Positions 26,315 to 36,213 of a stretch of DNA of 64,000 nucleotides are shown here, piece after piece. Location: positions 10,921 to 74,920 of the forward strand of contig DATDWR010000020.1 of assembly GCA_035289605.1 (NCBI GenBank). Reading direction: 5' to 3'. The notes under the pieces are model-generated. The model did no database searches and had not been told where the DNA came from. It saw only the letters and a program-made list of their open reading frames with translations. Origin of the DNA: Candidatus Nanoarchaeia archaeon. GTDB lineage: Archaea; Nanobdellota; Nanobdellia; SCGC-AAA011-G17; GW2011-AR18. How positions within the stretch are numbered: the first letter of the stretch is position 1; the number at the start of each line of letters is the position of its first letter. The translations under genes and the position numbers were made by a program.

Positions 26315-29300
26315 GGCTTCACCTCAGCAGCCGGGCAGCAATATAAATTACCCTTGCCACAACAGTATTTACCATCACACTGCGGACCTGTGATACATCT
26401 CTTACTTTCAGCTTCACTTAATGTACTTTTCTGGCAGCTGTAAGATTGGCCTAAAGAACTATATAATTTATTAACATCATCACAATTTTTAGGCTTCTCC
26501 TGAACAGTAGCTGAAGCCTTTCCTTTCTTAGCATTTTCAAGTAAATTTCTCAAAGCAAGAAGCAAACTATTTCTTTGTTCATTCAATAAATACAATATTT
26601 CCCTGCTTCTTTCCTTATCAAGAAGAGTGATAGCCTTATCAATATCACCACGCTCAGCCAATGCCTTAAACAAATCACTTCTAACTTCAGCATCATCAAT
26701 ATTAATAGAGTGAGTATCAAGCCAGCAATCACCAAGATCTCTTCCCTGAGCATTCTTGCCACAAGTACCAACATCCTTCCATCTTCCAGGCTCAGGAGTA
26801 GGCTCTGTATTGCTGCAAACCCTAATAATACCAGTAGACAACAAACCTTGCTCAGCGTTTGACGTCAAAAGACCTACAGTTGGAGTTGGAGTTGCAAGAC
26901 CAGCAGCAAAAGGACTAGCAGCAGCAAGCTTAGCCAAAGAGTAAGAAGCAGAACGTCTTTGATTAGGACTGCACTGATCAACAGACTTAATCTCTTCCTT
27001 AGCTTCACTGGCAGTCAAGAAATCATTAGCTTCCTTAATTCCGAAAGAACTGCTAACCTTGCCAAAACCGCACTGCTCAACACCATTAATGTTAACACAA
27101 ACTTCATTGTAGCCTTTAATTGCAGGCTTCTGAACTGTCTGCTGCGCATATTTTCCAGGCTCAATAGTTCCCTGAGTCTGAACAGCAAAATCTCCAGGGA
27201 ATGTAACAGAGAGAGGAGGCAAGTTTGACTGCCTATTGACAAGATAAACAGAATATGAAACAGGCCTCTGCTGTCCAGGCTGGACACTAGGAATAAGAAC
27301 ATTATTATTTGAATTCAAAACACCATAAGACTGAGAATAACTTCCCTTGTAAAATCCTGTTCCTGCATAAATATGATAAAATACTTTATACAAAGACAAT
27401 TCCTGAGCGCCGAAAACTCCAGGAGCAAAACCAGCACTCTGGCCAGGAGAAGCATAAGGAGCCTCATCAAAGAAAGCCTCAAACTGAGGAGGATCTTCAG
27501 GCTCAGTCAACTGGTCAATAATCTTTCCGATACTAGGAAGCTTTCCATTAACACTCAACCTGCAAATCTGTGTACCTATCTCATCAGTGGATTGGGACAA
27601 GAACTGAGCAGTATAAGTTGCTTCATACTCCTTTGTGAAAACATTGACTGAGTTGCCAACATTATCAAAGCTGGACTTAAACTTCAAGTACTCGCCGCCA
27701 CCCTCTGCCTCGCCAAATACTTTTCCTGAAACCCAATCAACAATTCCCCTTCCACCAATATCCAACAAATTATAGGTTTCTCTCCAAACTAACTCACAAA
27801 TACCAACAGACCTTATATAATCACAGAAGCCAACATCACGATTCTGCTTCAACTTAATTTCAAGACAGTCAACATAACCCTGTAAGATACTTCTAATTCC
27901 TTTGAGGCCAGCATCTATGCCAGTTAAGCACACAGGAACAGCAATACCCTCCTTGATATTTGGGAGACACAATAATGTGGAGCCTGCAATACCAGACTGA
28001 ATAACATTTCTTGGAGGAACCCTGCCGCCTAAAGTACATCTAGAGCCGGGACACATGACAGGATCACAAGCATTAAACAACAACTTGCAATCACTAGGAT
28101 CCATGACATCAATGCATTTCGGCTGCAAAGCTGAAGACAAAGTTTCAGATGAAGACTTCCTGCACCTAACTGGTTTGCCATCAACATTTCCAACAGTCTC
28201 GCTACCATCACCTTTCTTGCACTGCCTCAAGCCATTCCCAATCACAACAGCCTTGCTCTTCAAAGCAGTATTAATCTCCAAAGCAGAAACATGACCACCA
28301 GGCTTTGCAACATCATCACCTGCAGCACACTCTATCCTTCCATTAGGACCAACATTCCAGAGACTAATCTTGCTAATTAATTTATTGCCCTTGAACCCTT
28401 CCTCAACAACAGCATAATCTCCCTTACCAACAGGATAACAGTAAGGAAACCCGTTCTCGTCATGGAAAGACTCTAAAGACTCTCCGTAAGAATAAGAACT
28501 GCTAAGGAAACCAGCATCTGAAAAACCTATTGTAGAAGCAAGAAGCTTAGGCTTACAAAATTCCCCCTCTATAACACCAACAGCATCACATCTTGCACGA
28601 TCAATTTCAGTATTTAATTTTAAGTTGACAAGCTTTTCGTTTTTAATAAATTCAGAAGGAACAAAAATCCTATGGCCTGAAGAATGAACATACTGATCTT
28701 TTTCCATCTGCTGCCTTACACTTTCTGTTTTAATTTCCTTACTTTTTTTATCCATGCATTTACCATTGGAAAATTTTCCGCCACTTCTTTCACATAATTC
28801 TTGACTCAAAATATTTTCATCAGGATACCCAAGTTCATACTTATAATGATCAAGCTGGCTTATTCTACTAATGCTAACAGGCTGATCACCAAGAACAACA
28901 GAACCTTTCTTGCCATCATTATCTATCTTAGGCCTTACAAGAAGAATATCCTTAAAGCCTTCAGCTTTCTTCTGCTCCAAAGAATATATAATATCCTGGA
29001 CATCATCTTCCTTTTCAGGATTGTAAAGACCATTAGATGCCTGAGCAATTTCCTTAGCTTTATTGTACAAAGCGACTTTTTCATTAACACCAACAGCCAA
29101 AATTTTTTCATTAAGATAATTCTTGTAATTACTGTCAACAGAAGCATCAGACTGAACTTTAGAATTCAAAAGACAATCCCTATATTCTCTAATAATATTC
29201 TGATCATTAGCACCTGAGCTTTTGCTAGCAACCCAAAACTCCTTAAAGCTTTTACAATTAGCATCTGCAAGACCTGAGTCAGCAAGATCCTGAGCAGTTT

Positions 29301-31965
29301 TTCCTTTAATCACATCCTGAACTTCACCCATATGTTTCTGAGTTGAGTCAACAGAAGATTTAATCTCATCAGAATAATGATTCAAACAACGATCAACAGT
29401 CTTGAATTCAGGATGAGCATCAGTCCTACCTTCAATCTTTTCTTGAGTGCATCTTTCCTTAAAGCTATCAGAAACATATTTTCTAGCCAAAGATCTTCCT
29501 GTGCCCTGCAGGAAAGAACTTTTTACAGTCAGGAAAGCAAATGTTGCCAAGCAAACTTTCTTCCAGGTTTTTATAACATCATCCATCTTCTTAATAATCC
29601 TGTCAAGCTGTTCGATAATTTTTCTTGTAGTCTTTATATGAGACTCAAGCTGTTCAGGAGTCCACTCAAAAGGCCTAGGATCTACAGGAATATTTACTCT
29701 AAAACTTGAAGTAGTGAAAGCCCTGCCAGTTCCAGGAATAATAGTAATGTAAGCCTCATAATCAGTCTCGATTCTGTCAACCTTAATTTTAACAACTTTT
29801 GAATTACCAAATCTTTCCTGTGAAGTAGGATTGACATACTCGAAAGAAGAAGGAATTTCAACAATCTCATTAGGCTTAAGAGTTATAGATGAAACTTTAT
29901 CCTGAGGAGCAGGAGCATTTGTTTCCTTGTTGTAAAGCCTGATAGTAACTGCAGTAGGCTGAATCCTCTCAACACGCCACTCCCACTTAGACTTTGGAAT
30001 TTTTATGTCCTGCATATTCAAAGGAAGAAAAACATTTGCAAGATCCTTTATTGTTGAACCTTCAATCACAGAACCAGGAGACAAAAATTCTGGCTTAGGA
30101 GAATTCCTTTCATCAAGAGCAGACTCTATTTTATCATTCTCACCTTCTTTAGATATAAGGCTGAATTCAACTTTTCCCTGCTTTCTAGGATCAATCTTCT
30201 CAACCTGCTTCAAAGTCAAGGACATGCCCTCATCAACAAGATACACTGGGGTGCTCTTAGACAAGAACCATTCCTTTAATCTGTCTTTATTATCAACTTT
30301 GGAATAATAATAGTAAGCAAGAGAATCCATATCAGCCTTGAATTTTCTGCAATCATCCAATACCTTTGTATTTTCAACAAAGCAAGCCTTGTAATTAATT
30401 AATTTCTTCTCGTATAATTCGGCAAGATCATTCATAGATTTCTTAGATTCTGGACTGCTTGAATATTCTTTCAATAATCTTTTGTATCTTAGCACAGCAT
30501 TGCATGCAACATCCTCATTCTCATCTTCAGGACAGTACTCTCTTTCAAGAGCCTCTGCCTCATCATCAGAAACAGGAGACAAATTAATATTCATAGGCTT
30601 GCCATTAACAGAAATCACATCAGAAGTTACAGTTTTTACTTCATCGCTGAACTGGTTCTCTATATCAGCAACATGATGCATAACAGAAACATCATTCAGA
30701 ACTCCCTCAGCATTTTTTTCAGAAACTATTTTTAATATAAATTCCCTATTTTTAGAATCAAGATTAAAATCCTTAGCAATCTTGTCAATATTCACAGATG
30801 TTACTTGTTCAGATTTCCTAGCAGAAACACTCTTTACAACCCAAGGAGAACGAGCAAAAATCTTGGCTCCTACAGAAATTTTTCTAGTAAACTGCTTTCC
30901 ATTAACTTCAAAAGTCAATTCTGCCCTATCCTGAGGAGTGGCTATATCATCCAGCCTTACCTGAAAAAAATCCTGCAAAGAATTTCCAGAATATCCAAAA
31001 GAAATAGGCTGAGAAACTTGACCCTTTGTCAAACGCAAAAAGCTCCTAGTCTGCAAGCCCTGAGACTGAGAAGCTGTCTGCTGCTGCAACGGAGCAAAGG
31101 AAATAGGGAAAAGATTTTTGTTATAGACCTGCAAAGTAACAGAATCCTGAGTAATAGCAGTTGATCTTACAAAGCCCTTGCCAGAAAAGAATGAAAACCC
31201 TTCTTTATTTTCCAGAAATTCCTTTTCATCAGGACTAATTTTCAATGCAAGGGACTGCTCAGAAACACCAAACAAAGTGCTTTCCTCAAGATCAAGATAA
31301 ATTTTTGCATCAAGATCAAGGACAATATTATTATCAGGAGGAGTAGCATTCTGGGATGGCAGCTTCCTCAAGTAAACAATAAGGAATCCCAAATTATCCA
31401 AAGAATATCTCTCTCTTTGAGGAGGTACATAATTAATTGACCTTACATACTGAGAATATTTTGAAGAAGCATTAGGAAGAACCTGAATATACTGAATACG
31501 AGGAATTTGGGTAATACCTGAAAAAATATCTCCAGATGAAGGATCATTAGTAAACGGAGAAAGAGCAGTTCCGAGAGTAGTTCCCTTAAGGTAAACAAAA
31601 ACAGGAGCATCCTGCTGCTCCAATAAAGACTGCCTGACTTGTTTTGGCTCATAGTCAGCAACATTTACGATAATAGCCTCTCCCAAATTCTGCTCGAAAC
31701 CATAGCTGTAACCACCTGTCTGCCTTCTAACAGCATCTGCGAAAGGATCATTGTATGCATAGCCGCCAAGAGAACTTCCAAAAATAGGATCTTTGTTAAA
31801 ACTAGCTGGAGTTGAATAAGAATTAGGATTAGAATAAAACGGACCGTAAGGAGAAGCTCCTTGAACATTAGAAGGATAAGGCTGCTGGAAATACTGAGCA
31901 GAAACAATAGGAAGAGAAACTATCAAAAACATGCAAAACATTGAAATAAAAATTTTAGACTTCAT
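26311..31965 (-). CDS. giant (1884 aa) secreted Cys-rich surface protein
   Basis: Uninterrupted 5.65 kb ORF with a Sec signal ending VSAQ and many Cys. The C-terminal module is SCQK...CITGPQCDGKYCCGKGNLYCC. No known domain recognised. Confidence 0.8.
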   Translation of the reverse strand: MKSKIFISMFCMFLIVSLPIVSAQYFQQPYPSNVQGASPYGPFYSNPNSYSTPASFNKDPIFGSSLGGYAYNDPFADAVRRQTGGYSYGFEQNLGEAIIVNVADYEPKQVRQSLLEQQDAPVFVYLKGTTLGTALSPFTNDPSSGDIFSGITQIPRIQYIQVLPNASSKYSQYVRSINYVPPQRERYSLDNLGFLIVYLRKLPSQNATPPDNNIVLDLDAKIYLDLEESTLFGVSEQSLALKISPDEKEFLENKEGFSFFSGKGFVRSTAITQDSVTLQVYNKNLFPISFAPLQQQTASQSQGLQTRSFLRLTKGQVSQPISFGYSGNSLQDFFQVRLDDIATPQDRAELTFEVNGKQFTRKISVGAKIFARSPWVVKSVSARKSEQVTSVNIDKIAKDFNLDSKNREFILKIVSEKNAEGVLNDVSVMHHVADIENQFSDEVKTVTSDVISVNGKPMNINLSPVSDDEAEALEREYCPEDENEDVACNAVLRYKRLLKEYSSSPESKKSMNDLAELYEKKLINYKACFVENTKVLDDCRKFKADMDSLAYYYYSKVDNKDRLKEWFLSKSTPVYLVDEGMSLTLKQVEKIDPRKQGKVEFSLISKEGENDKIESALDERNSPKPEFLSPGSVIEGSTIKDLANVFLPLNMQDIKIPKSKWEWRVERIQPTAVTIRLYNKETNAPAPQDKVSSITLKPNEIVEIPSSFEYVNPTSQERFGNSKVVKIKVDRIETDYEAYITIIPGTGRAFTTSSFRVNIPVDPRPFEWTPEQLESHIKTTRKIIEQLDRIIKKMDDVIKTWKKVCLATFAFLTVKSSFLQGTGRSLARKYVSDSFKERCTQEKIEGRTDAHPEFKTVDRCLNHYSDEIKSSVDSTQKHMGEVQDVIKGKTAQDLADSGLADANCKSFKEFWVASKSSGANDQNIIREYRDCLLNSKVQSDASVDSNYKNYLNEKILAVGVNEKVALYNKAKEIAQASNGLYNPEKEDDVQDIIYSLEQKKAEGFKDILLVRPKIDNDGKKGSVVLGDQPVSISRISQLDHYKYELGYPDENILSQELCERSGGKFSNGKCMDKKSKEIKTESVRQQMEKDQYVHSSGHRIFVPSEFIKNEKLVNLKLNTEIDRARCDAVGVIEGEFCKPKLLASTIGFSDAGFLSSSYSYGESLESFHDENGFPYCYPVGKGDYAVVEEGFKGNKLISKISLWNVGPNGRIECAAGDDVAKPGGHVSALEINTALKSKAVVIGNGLRQCKKGDGSETVGNVDGKPVRCRKSSSETLSSALQPKCIDVMDPSDCKLLFNACDPVMCPGSRCTLGGRVPPRNVIQSGIAGSTLLCLPNIKEGIAVPVCLTGIDAGLKGIRSILQGYVDCLEIKLKQNRDVGFCDYIRSVGICELVWRETYNLLDIGGRGIVDWVSGKVFGEAEGGGEYLKFKSSFDNVGNSVNVFTKEYEATYTAQFLSQSTDEIGTQICRLSVNGKLPSIGKIIDQLTEPEDPPQFEAFFDEAPYASPGQSAGFAPGVFGAQELSLYKVFYHIYAGTGFYKGSYSQSYGVLNSNNNVLIPSVQPGQQRPVSYSVYLVNRQSNLPPLSVTFPGDFAVQTQGTIEPGKYAQQTVQKPAIKGYNEVCVNINGVEQCGFGKVSSSFGIKEANDFLTASEAKEEIKSVDQCSPNQRRSASYSLAKLAAASPFAAGLATPTPTVGLLTSNAEQGLLSTGIIRVCSNTEPTPEPGRWKDVGTCGKNAQGRDLGDCWLDTHSINIDDAEVRSDLFKALAERGDIDKAITLLDKERSREILYLLNEQRNSLLLALRNLLENAKKGKASATVQEKPKNCDDVNKLYSSLGQSYSCQKSTLSEAESKRCITGPQCDGKYCCGKGNLYCCPAAEVKP

Positions 31966-33992
31966 GATGCAGGACCTACATTAGGATACTTGAACAACTG
32001 ATGATCATTATTAGTTTCAACTTCTAACTGAATTCTCTGCAAACCCTCAATACTAGAAGGCATAGGAGAAGACAATATGTAAAGATTCAAAGGCTCATCA
32101 GACGACAACTGGCTTCTGTCAAATGACACTTCGAAATTAGCACCTCCAGTCAAAACATAATCAAGCTCCAAAGGCTCAGTTTCTGTGCTAAAACATTTCT
32201 TAGTAGTCTTGAACAAGCCAAGAAGACCTGGAGATCTAGTGTCAACACAAGTCTCAACCTCCTCCTTATCTAAAATAATTTTCCAAGTGCTATTTCTTAC
32301 AACGAAAGAATTTACTTTATAATCACCAATTAATAAATTAACTTCATTATTCTCAGGATAATTAAAATTAGAATTATATGTTGCTAATTTATGAATGAAC
32401 TGAAAACTAACCTGCTCAGAATCATAAGGATCTCTAAACTCTCCAGTATCCTTATCAATTACAAAAACATTTACTTTCTTCTTGTACAAAGGCTCTAATA
32501 CTACTAATGCTTCTGGAGGAGTGTTCGGATCATTAGACGAGTACAAAGTCTTTCCTGCAAAATAACCTTCCTTCTTTCCTTCAATAATTCCATTATAGCA
32601 CAAAGGAAGAGCTGCTTTTAATGAAGGTTCACTTTCTGCTGACGAAACTCCCAAAGGACATGAAGCAGGGAAGCACTTAAAGCTCAAGCTAACTTCCTTC
32701 AAAGGAACAGTATTCTCAGAATCATCAACAGTTCCAGTAAATACCTTAACAGGCTTTTGGGGATACTGACAGAGCTGAGTTGAAGGATCTGGAACGTCTA
32801 GAGATGTGAGACGATTAATACGAGGCTGATTATTATCAACTATAACCTGAGTAGCAAACTGGAAGATCAAGCCATCTGGAGATCTTAGCGTAACTAGTAC
32901 GGGATATTTAATATCATAAACAAACCTGTAAGAATTAAGACAAAAAATAGAAGACAGGAAAGAAGAAGCAAAACCTCCTGTTTTTTTCGTAACCTGATCT
33001 GATCTAAGAATATCTTCCTCTGAAGGGTTTATTTCAATAAGAGTAGGCCAATTAGGAATATAGCTTAATGAAGCAGTAACATCCTTGCGTGAAGACTTGA
33101 GAGCATTGAATTCCATATACTTTAATTTTTTATTTATCAATTCAACATTTGTGTCCTTAACAGAAACAGCAGCAACATTCTCATAAATAATATTTTTCAA
33201 TCTTCTGGAAACATCTGATTTGTACCAGATTTTTTCATTACAACTAAAATCAGTACCAGAAAAAGGGACTTCCTCATTATAAGCAACAAGCATATTAATA
33301 GTCTGGTTCTCTAAAAAATAACCAGTGTTCTCGGCATCAAAAATTTCACGAGCCATATCAAAGAGTTCTCCAAAACTTGAACCTACGCTAGCCTTGTGCT
33401 CAACCAAGTTAAAATCTGCATCCTGAATTTTTACCTTTACAGGATACCTAACACTAATGTCTACTTTTTTATCAGATATTCCAGACTGCGTCAAAGGAAA
33501 TGGAGACAAAGTAATTTCGTAACCTTTCTCCTCAAAGGAAGTAAGATTATTAATACAAGAAGCAAAATTCCTGTCAACATAAGAAGAAATCTGCTTCTCA
33601 ACCTGCTGCTTGGAAGGAACATTAATTTCCTGCAAGCCATTGCCCCTTTCCCTAAACCAAACAGAAGTCCTGAAATCAGAGCCAGGTATTATTTCCAAAG
33701 TTGATGACAAAGGAGAAAATTCTGTAGAAGGAACATCATCTGTCGGCAAATCCAAATAACCTCCTTGAAAAGCCACGGTCTGAATAGCCTGCTGACCGAG
33801 ATTATGGACACAAGTATTCAAAGAATCCTGCACAGGAGCAATCTGCAAAGGAACTAATTGCCTTTCTTTGGTTATCTTCTCAAACAGGCTTTTGAAAAAC
33901 CCTTGCTTTACTGCGACAATACCAACAACAATAATTATTATTATGATTCCAAGTATTACAAAAGCTGTAGCTTGTCCCCTCTTTTTCATCAA
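31962..33992 (-). CDS. large (676 aa) extracellular protein with pilin-like (class III-like) N-terminus
   Basis: The N-terminus MMKKRGQATAFVILGIIIIIIVVGIVAV has a basic stretch, G-Q, then a ~20-residue hydrophobic helix. It is the first gene of the operon. Confidence 0.7.
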   Translation of the reverse strand: MMKKRGQATAFVILGIIIIIIVVGIVAVKQGFFKSLFEKITKERQLVPLQIAPVQDSLNTCVHNLGQQAIQTVAFQGGYLDLPTDDVPSTEFSPLSSTLEIIPGSDFRTSVWFRERGNGLQEINVPSKQQVEKQISSYVDRNFASCINNLTSFEEKGYEITLSPFPLTQSGISDKKVDISVRYPVKVKIQDADFNLVEHKASVGSSFGELFDMAREIFDAENTGYFLENQTINMLVAYNEEVPFSGTDFSCNEKIWYKSDVSRRLKNIIYENVAAVSVKDTNVELINKKLKYMEFNALKSSRKDVTASLSYIPNWPTLIEINPSEEDILRSDQVTKKTGGFASSFLSSIFCLNSYRFVYDIKYPVLVTLRSPDGLIFQFATQVIVDNNQPRINRLTSLDVPDPSTQLCQYPQKPVKVFTGTVDDSENTVPLKEVSLSFKCFPASCPLGVSSAESEPSLKAALPLCYNGIIEGKKEGYFAGKTLYSSNDPNTPPEALVVLEPLYKKKVNVFVIDKDTGEFRDPYDSEQVSFQFIHKLATYNSNFNYPENNEVNLLIGDYKVNSFVVRNSTWKIILDKEEVETCVDTRSPGLLGLFKTTKKCFSTETEPLELDYVLTGGANFEVSFDRSQLSSDEPLNLYILSSPMPSSIEGLQRIQLEVETNNDHQLFKYPNVGPAS

Positions 33993-34064
33993 GAAAATAA
34001 GCCATTTTTATGTATATAAATATACCGCTAGTTTTTTAAATAGTTAGAATATGTTTTTTATAAA

Positions 34065-34259
34065 ATGACGCACAAGATACATGGAAGGAAAAGAAGATAC
34101 CTGGCAAGAGGGCCTGAAAGAAACAGAAAAGCAAGACCTAAAACCTTTAAAAGTGAAGCAGAAGCAAGAAAGTACGCAGAAAAACATGTTATAAAAGAAT
34201 ACCTGATAGAAAGAATGAATTATGGGTTAAGCAAGAAATTTAGAATTGTGAAAAAATAA
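34065..34259 (+). CDS. small basic hypothetical protein
   Basis: 64 aa, Lys/Arg-rich. Its stop overlaps the start of the Nudix gene. Confidence 0.35.
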   Translation: MTHKIHGRKRRYLARGPERNRKARPKTFKSEAEARKYAEKHVIKEYLIERMNYGLSKKFRIVKK

Positions 34260-34762
34260 TGCCAACTGATGGATTATTAGATTTGATAGATGATAACGAA
34301 CAAGTAATAGATACTAAACCAAGATCTGAAGTTTATAAGCATGGATTAAACAATTTTCAAGTAATCAATGTTTTTGTAAAAAATTCTGAAGGAAAACTAT
34401 GGATACCTAGAAGAGGACCGAACAAAAGAATTTTTCCCTTGTGTTTAGATGTGAGTGTTGGAGGCCATGTTGAAAGTGGTGAAAGTTATTATGAAGCTTT
34501 TAAGCGTGAAACAAAAGAAGAAATTGATGTAGACATAATAACAAATGGTTTTACATATTTAGGACATTTAACACCTCAACAATATGGAGTCTCTGCATAT
34601 ATGGAAGTGTATGAAATAAAACTTGATGAAGTAAAAAATTATAATAAAGATGACTTTGTTGAATATTATTGGCTTTATCCGAAAGAAGTAATTGAAAGAC
34701 TGACAAATGGAGACAAAGCTAAAGACGACCTGCCAAAATTAGTCAAGCATTTTTATCTTTAA
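34259..34762 (+). CDS. Nudix hydrolase
   Basis: Nudix box GGHVESGESYYEAFKRETKEEIDV. Confidence 0.8.
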   Translation: MPTDGLLDLIDDNEQVIDTKPRSEVYKHGLNNFQVINVFVKNSEGKLWIPRRGPNKRIFPLCLDVSVGGHVESGESYYEAFKRETKEEIDVDIITNGFTYLGHLTPQQYGVSAYMEVYEIKLDEVKNYNKDDFVEYYWLYPKEVIERLTNGDKAKDDLPKLVKHFYL

Positions 34763-34828
34763 AATGAAAGAAGATTTTGAAAAAAATATTTACGAAAACT
34801 ATAAAAACCTTGAAAGCTTAAATAAAAT

Positions 34829-35332
34829 ATGGCAGAAAAGATGAAGTTTAGAACAATTATAGAACAATTAGTTTCTTTATATTGTTATTTATCAGCATTC
34901 CTTTTATTGTTTCTTGTTTTCGAGGATTTATTAAGAAAATATTTTAACTTATCAATAATGAAAGATGTACCTGAAATTGTTTTTCAAGCTATCTCATATT
35001 TACCTGCTGTTTTTGGGCTAACCCCTATCATTTTAATTGCGGAATTAGCAGGACTTTTACAAAGCATTTTAATTACTGCCGTTGTTACAGTTCTATTTGC
35101 AATAGTATACTTATTTATAGGAATAAAAATAATAAAATCTTGGGCTAAATTTGTACTTACTATTTTATTAGTTTTCAGCCTATTATTTGGGGCAGTATTT
35201 ACTATTTTAAATCTTAGAGATTATGGTTGGAGCTTCTTGCTTCTATTAAATGCTTTAACCATTTTAGTTCCTGGAATAATCTTGTATCTGCTTCGTTCAA
35301 AAGCAGGTTTAAAAATTAAGAAATCAAGGTAA
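34829..35332 (+). CDS. hypothetical membrane protein (~5 TM)
   Basis: Hydrophobic throughout; 167 aa. Confidence 0.5.
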   Translation: MAEKMKFRTIIEQLVSLYCYLSAFLLLFLVFEDLLRKYFNLSIMKDVPEIVFQAISYLPAVFGLTPIILIAELAGLLQSILITAVVTVLFAIVYLFIGIKIIKSWAKFVLTILLVFSLLFGAVFTILNLRDYGWSFLLLLNALTILVPGIILYLLRSKAGLKIKKSR

Positions 35333-35339
35333 AAATAAA

Positions 35340-35434
35340 TGGGCCCACCCAGATTCGAATTCCCCGATCATTTTCAGATCTCTGGGGACCTCTTCGACGT
35401 CAACGAAGTGTCATAACCACTAGACCATGAGCCC
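35340..35434 (-). tRNA. tRNA-Val(GAC) with 22-nt insertion at the T-stem/T-loop junction
   Basis: Reverse complement folds as GGGCUCA UG GUCU AGUGGUUA UGAC A CUUCG UUGACGU CGAAG AGGUC CCCAG [agatctgaaaatgatcggggaa] UUCGAAU CUGGG UGGGCCC A. Confidence 0.85.
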
Positions 35435-35502
35435 TTAAAAGATATAAAAAACATTTTATTTTTAAATCCTTTTAAAATGGAAAAGCTTATAAGTTTAGAC
35501 AT

Positions 35503-35760
35503 ATGTTTAAATGTATGGTAAAGACAATAACAGTAATGGATGATGCATATGAAATGCTTAAAAGAATGAAAAATAAAGATGAAAGTTTTAGTGATGTAAT
35601 AAGAAAGTGTGTGTCATGTAGATCTACAGACTTAAAAAAATGGCTTGGAATATTAGGGAAAGATGAATCAAGAACAAAAGAATTTAAAGAATTTTTAACA
35701 AAAACAAGAAAAGAAACATCAAAAGATATAGAGACTAGAATTTTCAAACTAAAGAGGTAA
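35503..35760 (+). CDS. antitoxin (VapB-like, archaeal small antitoxin family)
   Basis: KTITVMDDAYEMLKRMKNKDESFSDVIRK pattern, immediately upstream of a PIN gene. Confidence 0.6.
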   Translation: MFKCMVKTITVMDDAYEMLKRMKNKDESFSDVIRKCVSCRSTDLKKWLGILGKDESRTKEFKEFLTKTRKETSKDIETRIFKLKR

Positions 35761-35762
35761 AA

Positions 35763-36140
35763 ATGTTTATTTTAGATAGTTCAGCAATAATAGAAATATT
35801 AAATGGTACAAACATTGGAAAGAATTTGGCAAATGAGCTAAAAGATGGTATTGTTTCAACCACTGTTTTTAGTTTATATGAAATTTTACTTGGAGCAAAA
35901 CCAAAAGAAACTGCAAAGATAAATGATTTTTTTGAAAGCATGTCAATATTAAATTTTGAAAATTCTGCTGCAAAGGAATCCTCAAATATAGAAAGAGATT
36001 TAGCAAAGAAAGGAGAATTAATAAATAAAGTAGATATATTTATCGCTTCTATATGCAAATTAAATGATAGAACTTTAATTACAGGCGATAAAGATTTTAA
36101 AAAAGTTCCAAATCTTAAAATAAAATTAATTGATATTTAA
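35763..36140 (+). CDS. vapC: PIN-domain toxin (VapC)
   Basis: MFILDSSAIIEIL (first acidic residue), later acidic positions and a C-terminal TGDKDF. Confidence 0.8.
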   Translation: MFILDSSAIIEILNGTNIGKNLANELKDGIVSTTVFSLYEILLGAKPKETAKINDFFESMSILNFENSAAKESSNIERDLAKKGELINKVDIFIASICKLNDRTLITGDKDFKKVPNLKIKLIDI

Positions 36141-36213
36141 TACATTTTTAATCATAATTATTTTTAAAAATCAAATAGCAAAGTATAAATAGAAGTATTA
36201 CTTAGTATAACTT

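Noticed and set aside
26583-31907. About 20 short ORFs on both strands inside the 1884-aa gene
   Set aside because: All are nested within one uninterrupted 5.65-kb reading frame that has a signal peptide and coherent composition. They are shadow ORFs.
35487-36058. Two minus-strand ORFs (86 and 104 aa)
   Set aside because: They are antisense to a VapB-like/VapC pair with clear PIN motifs.
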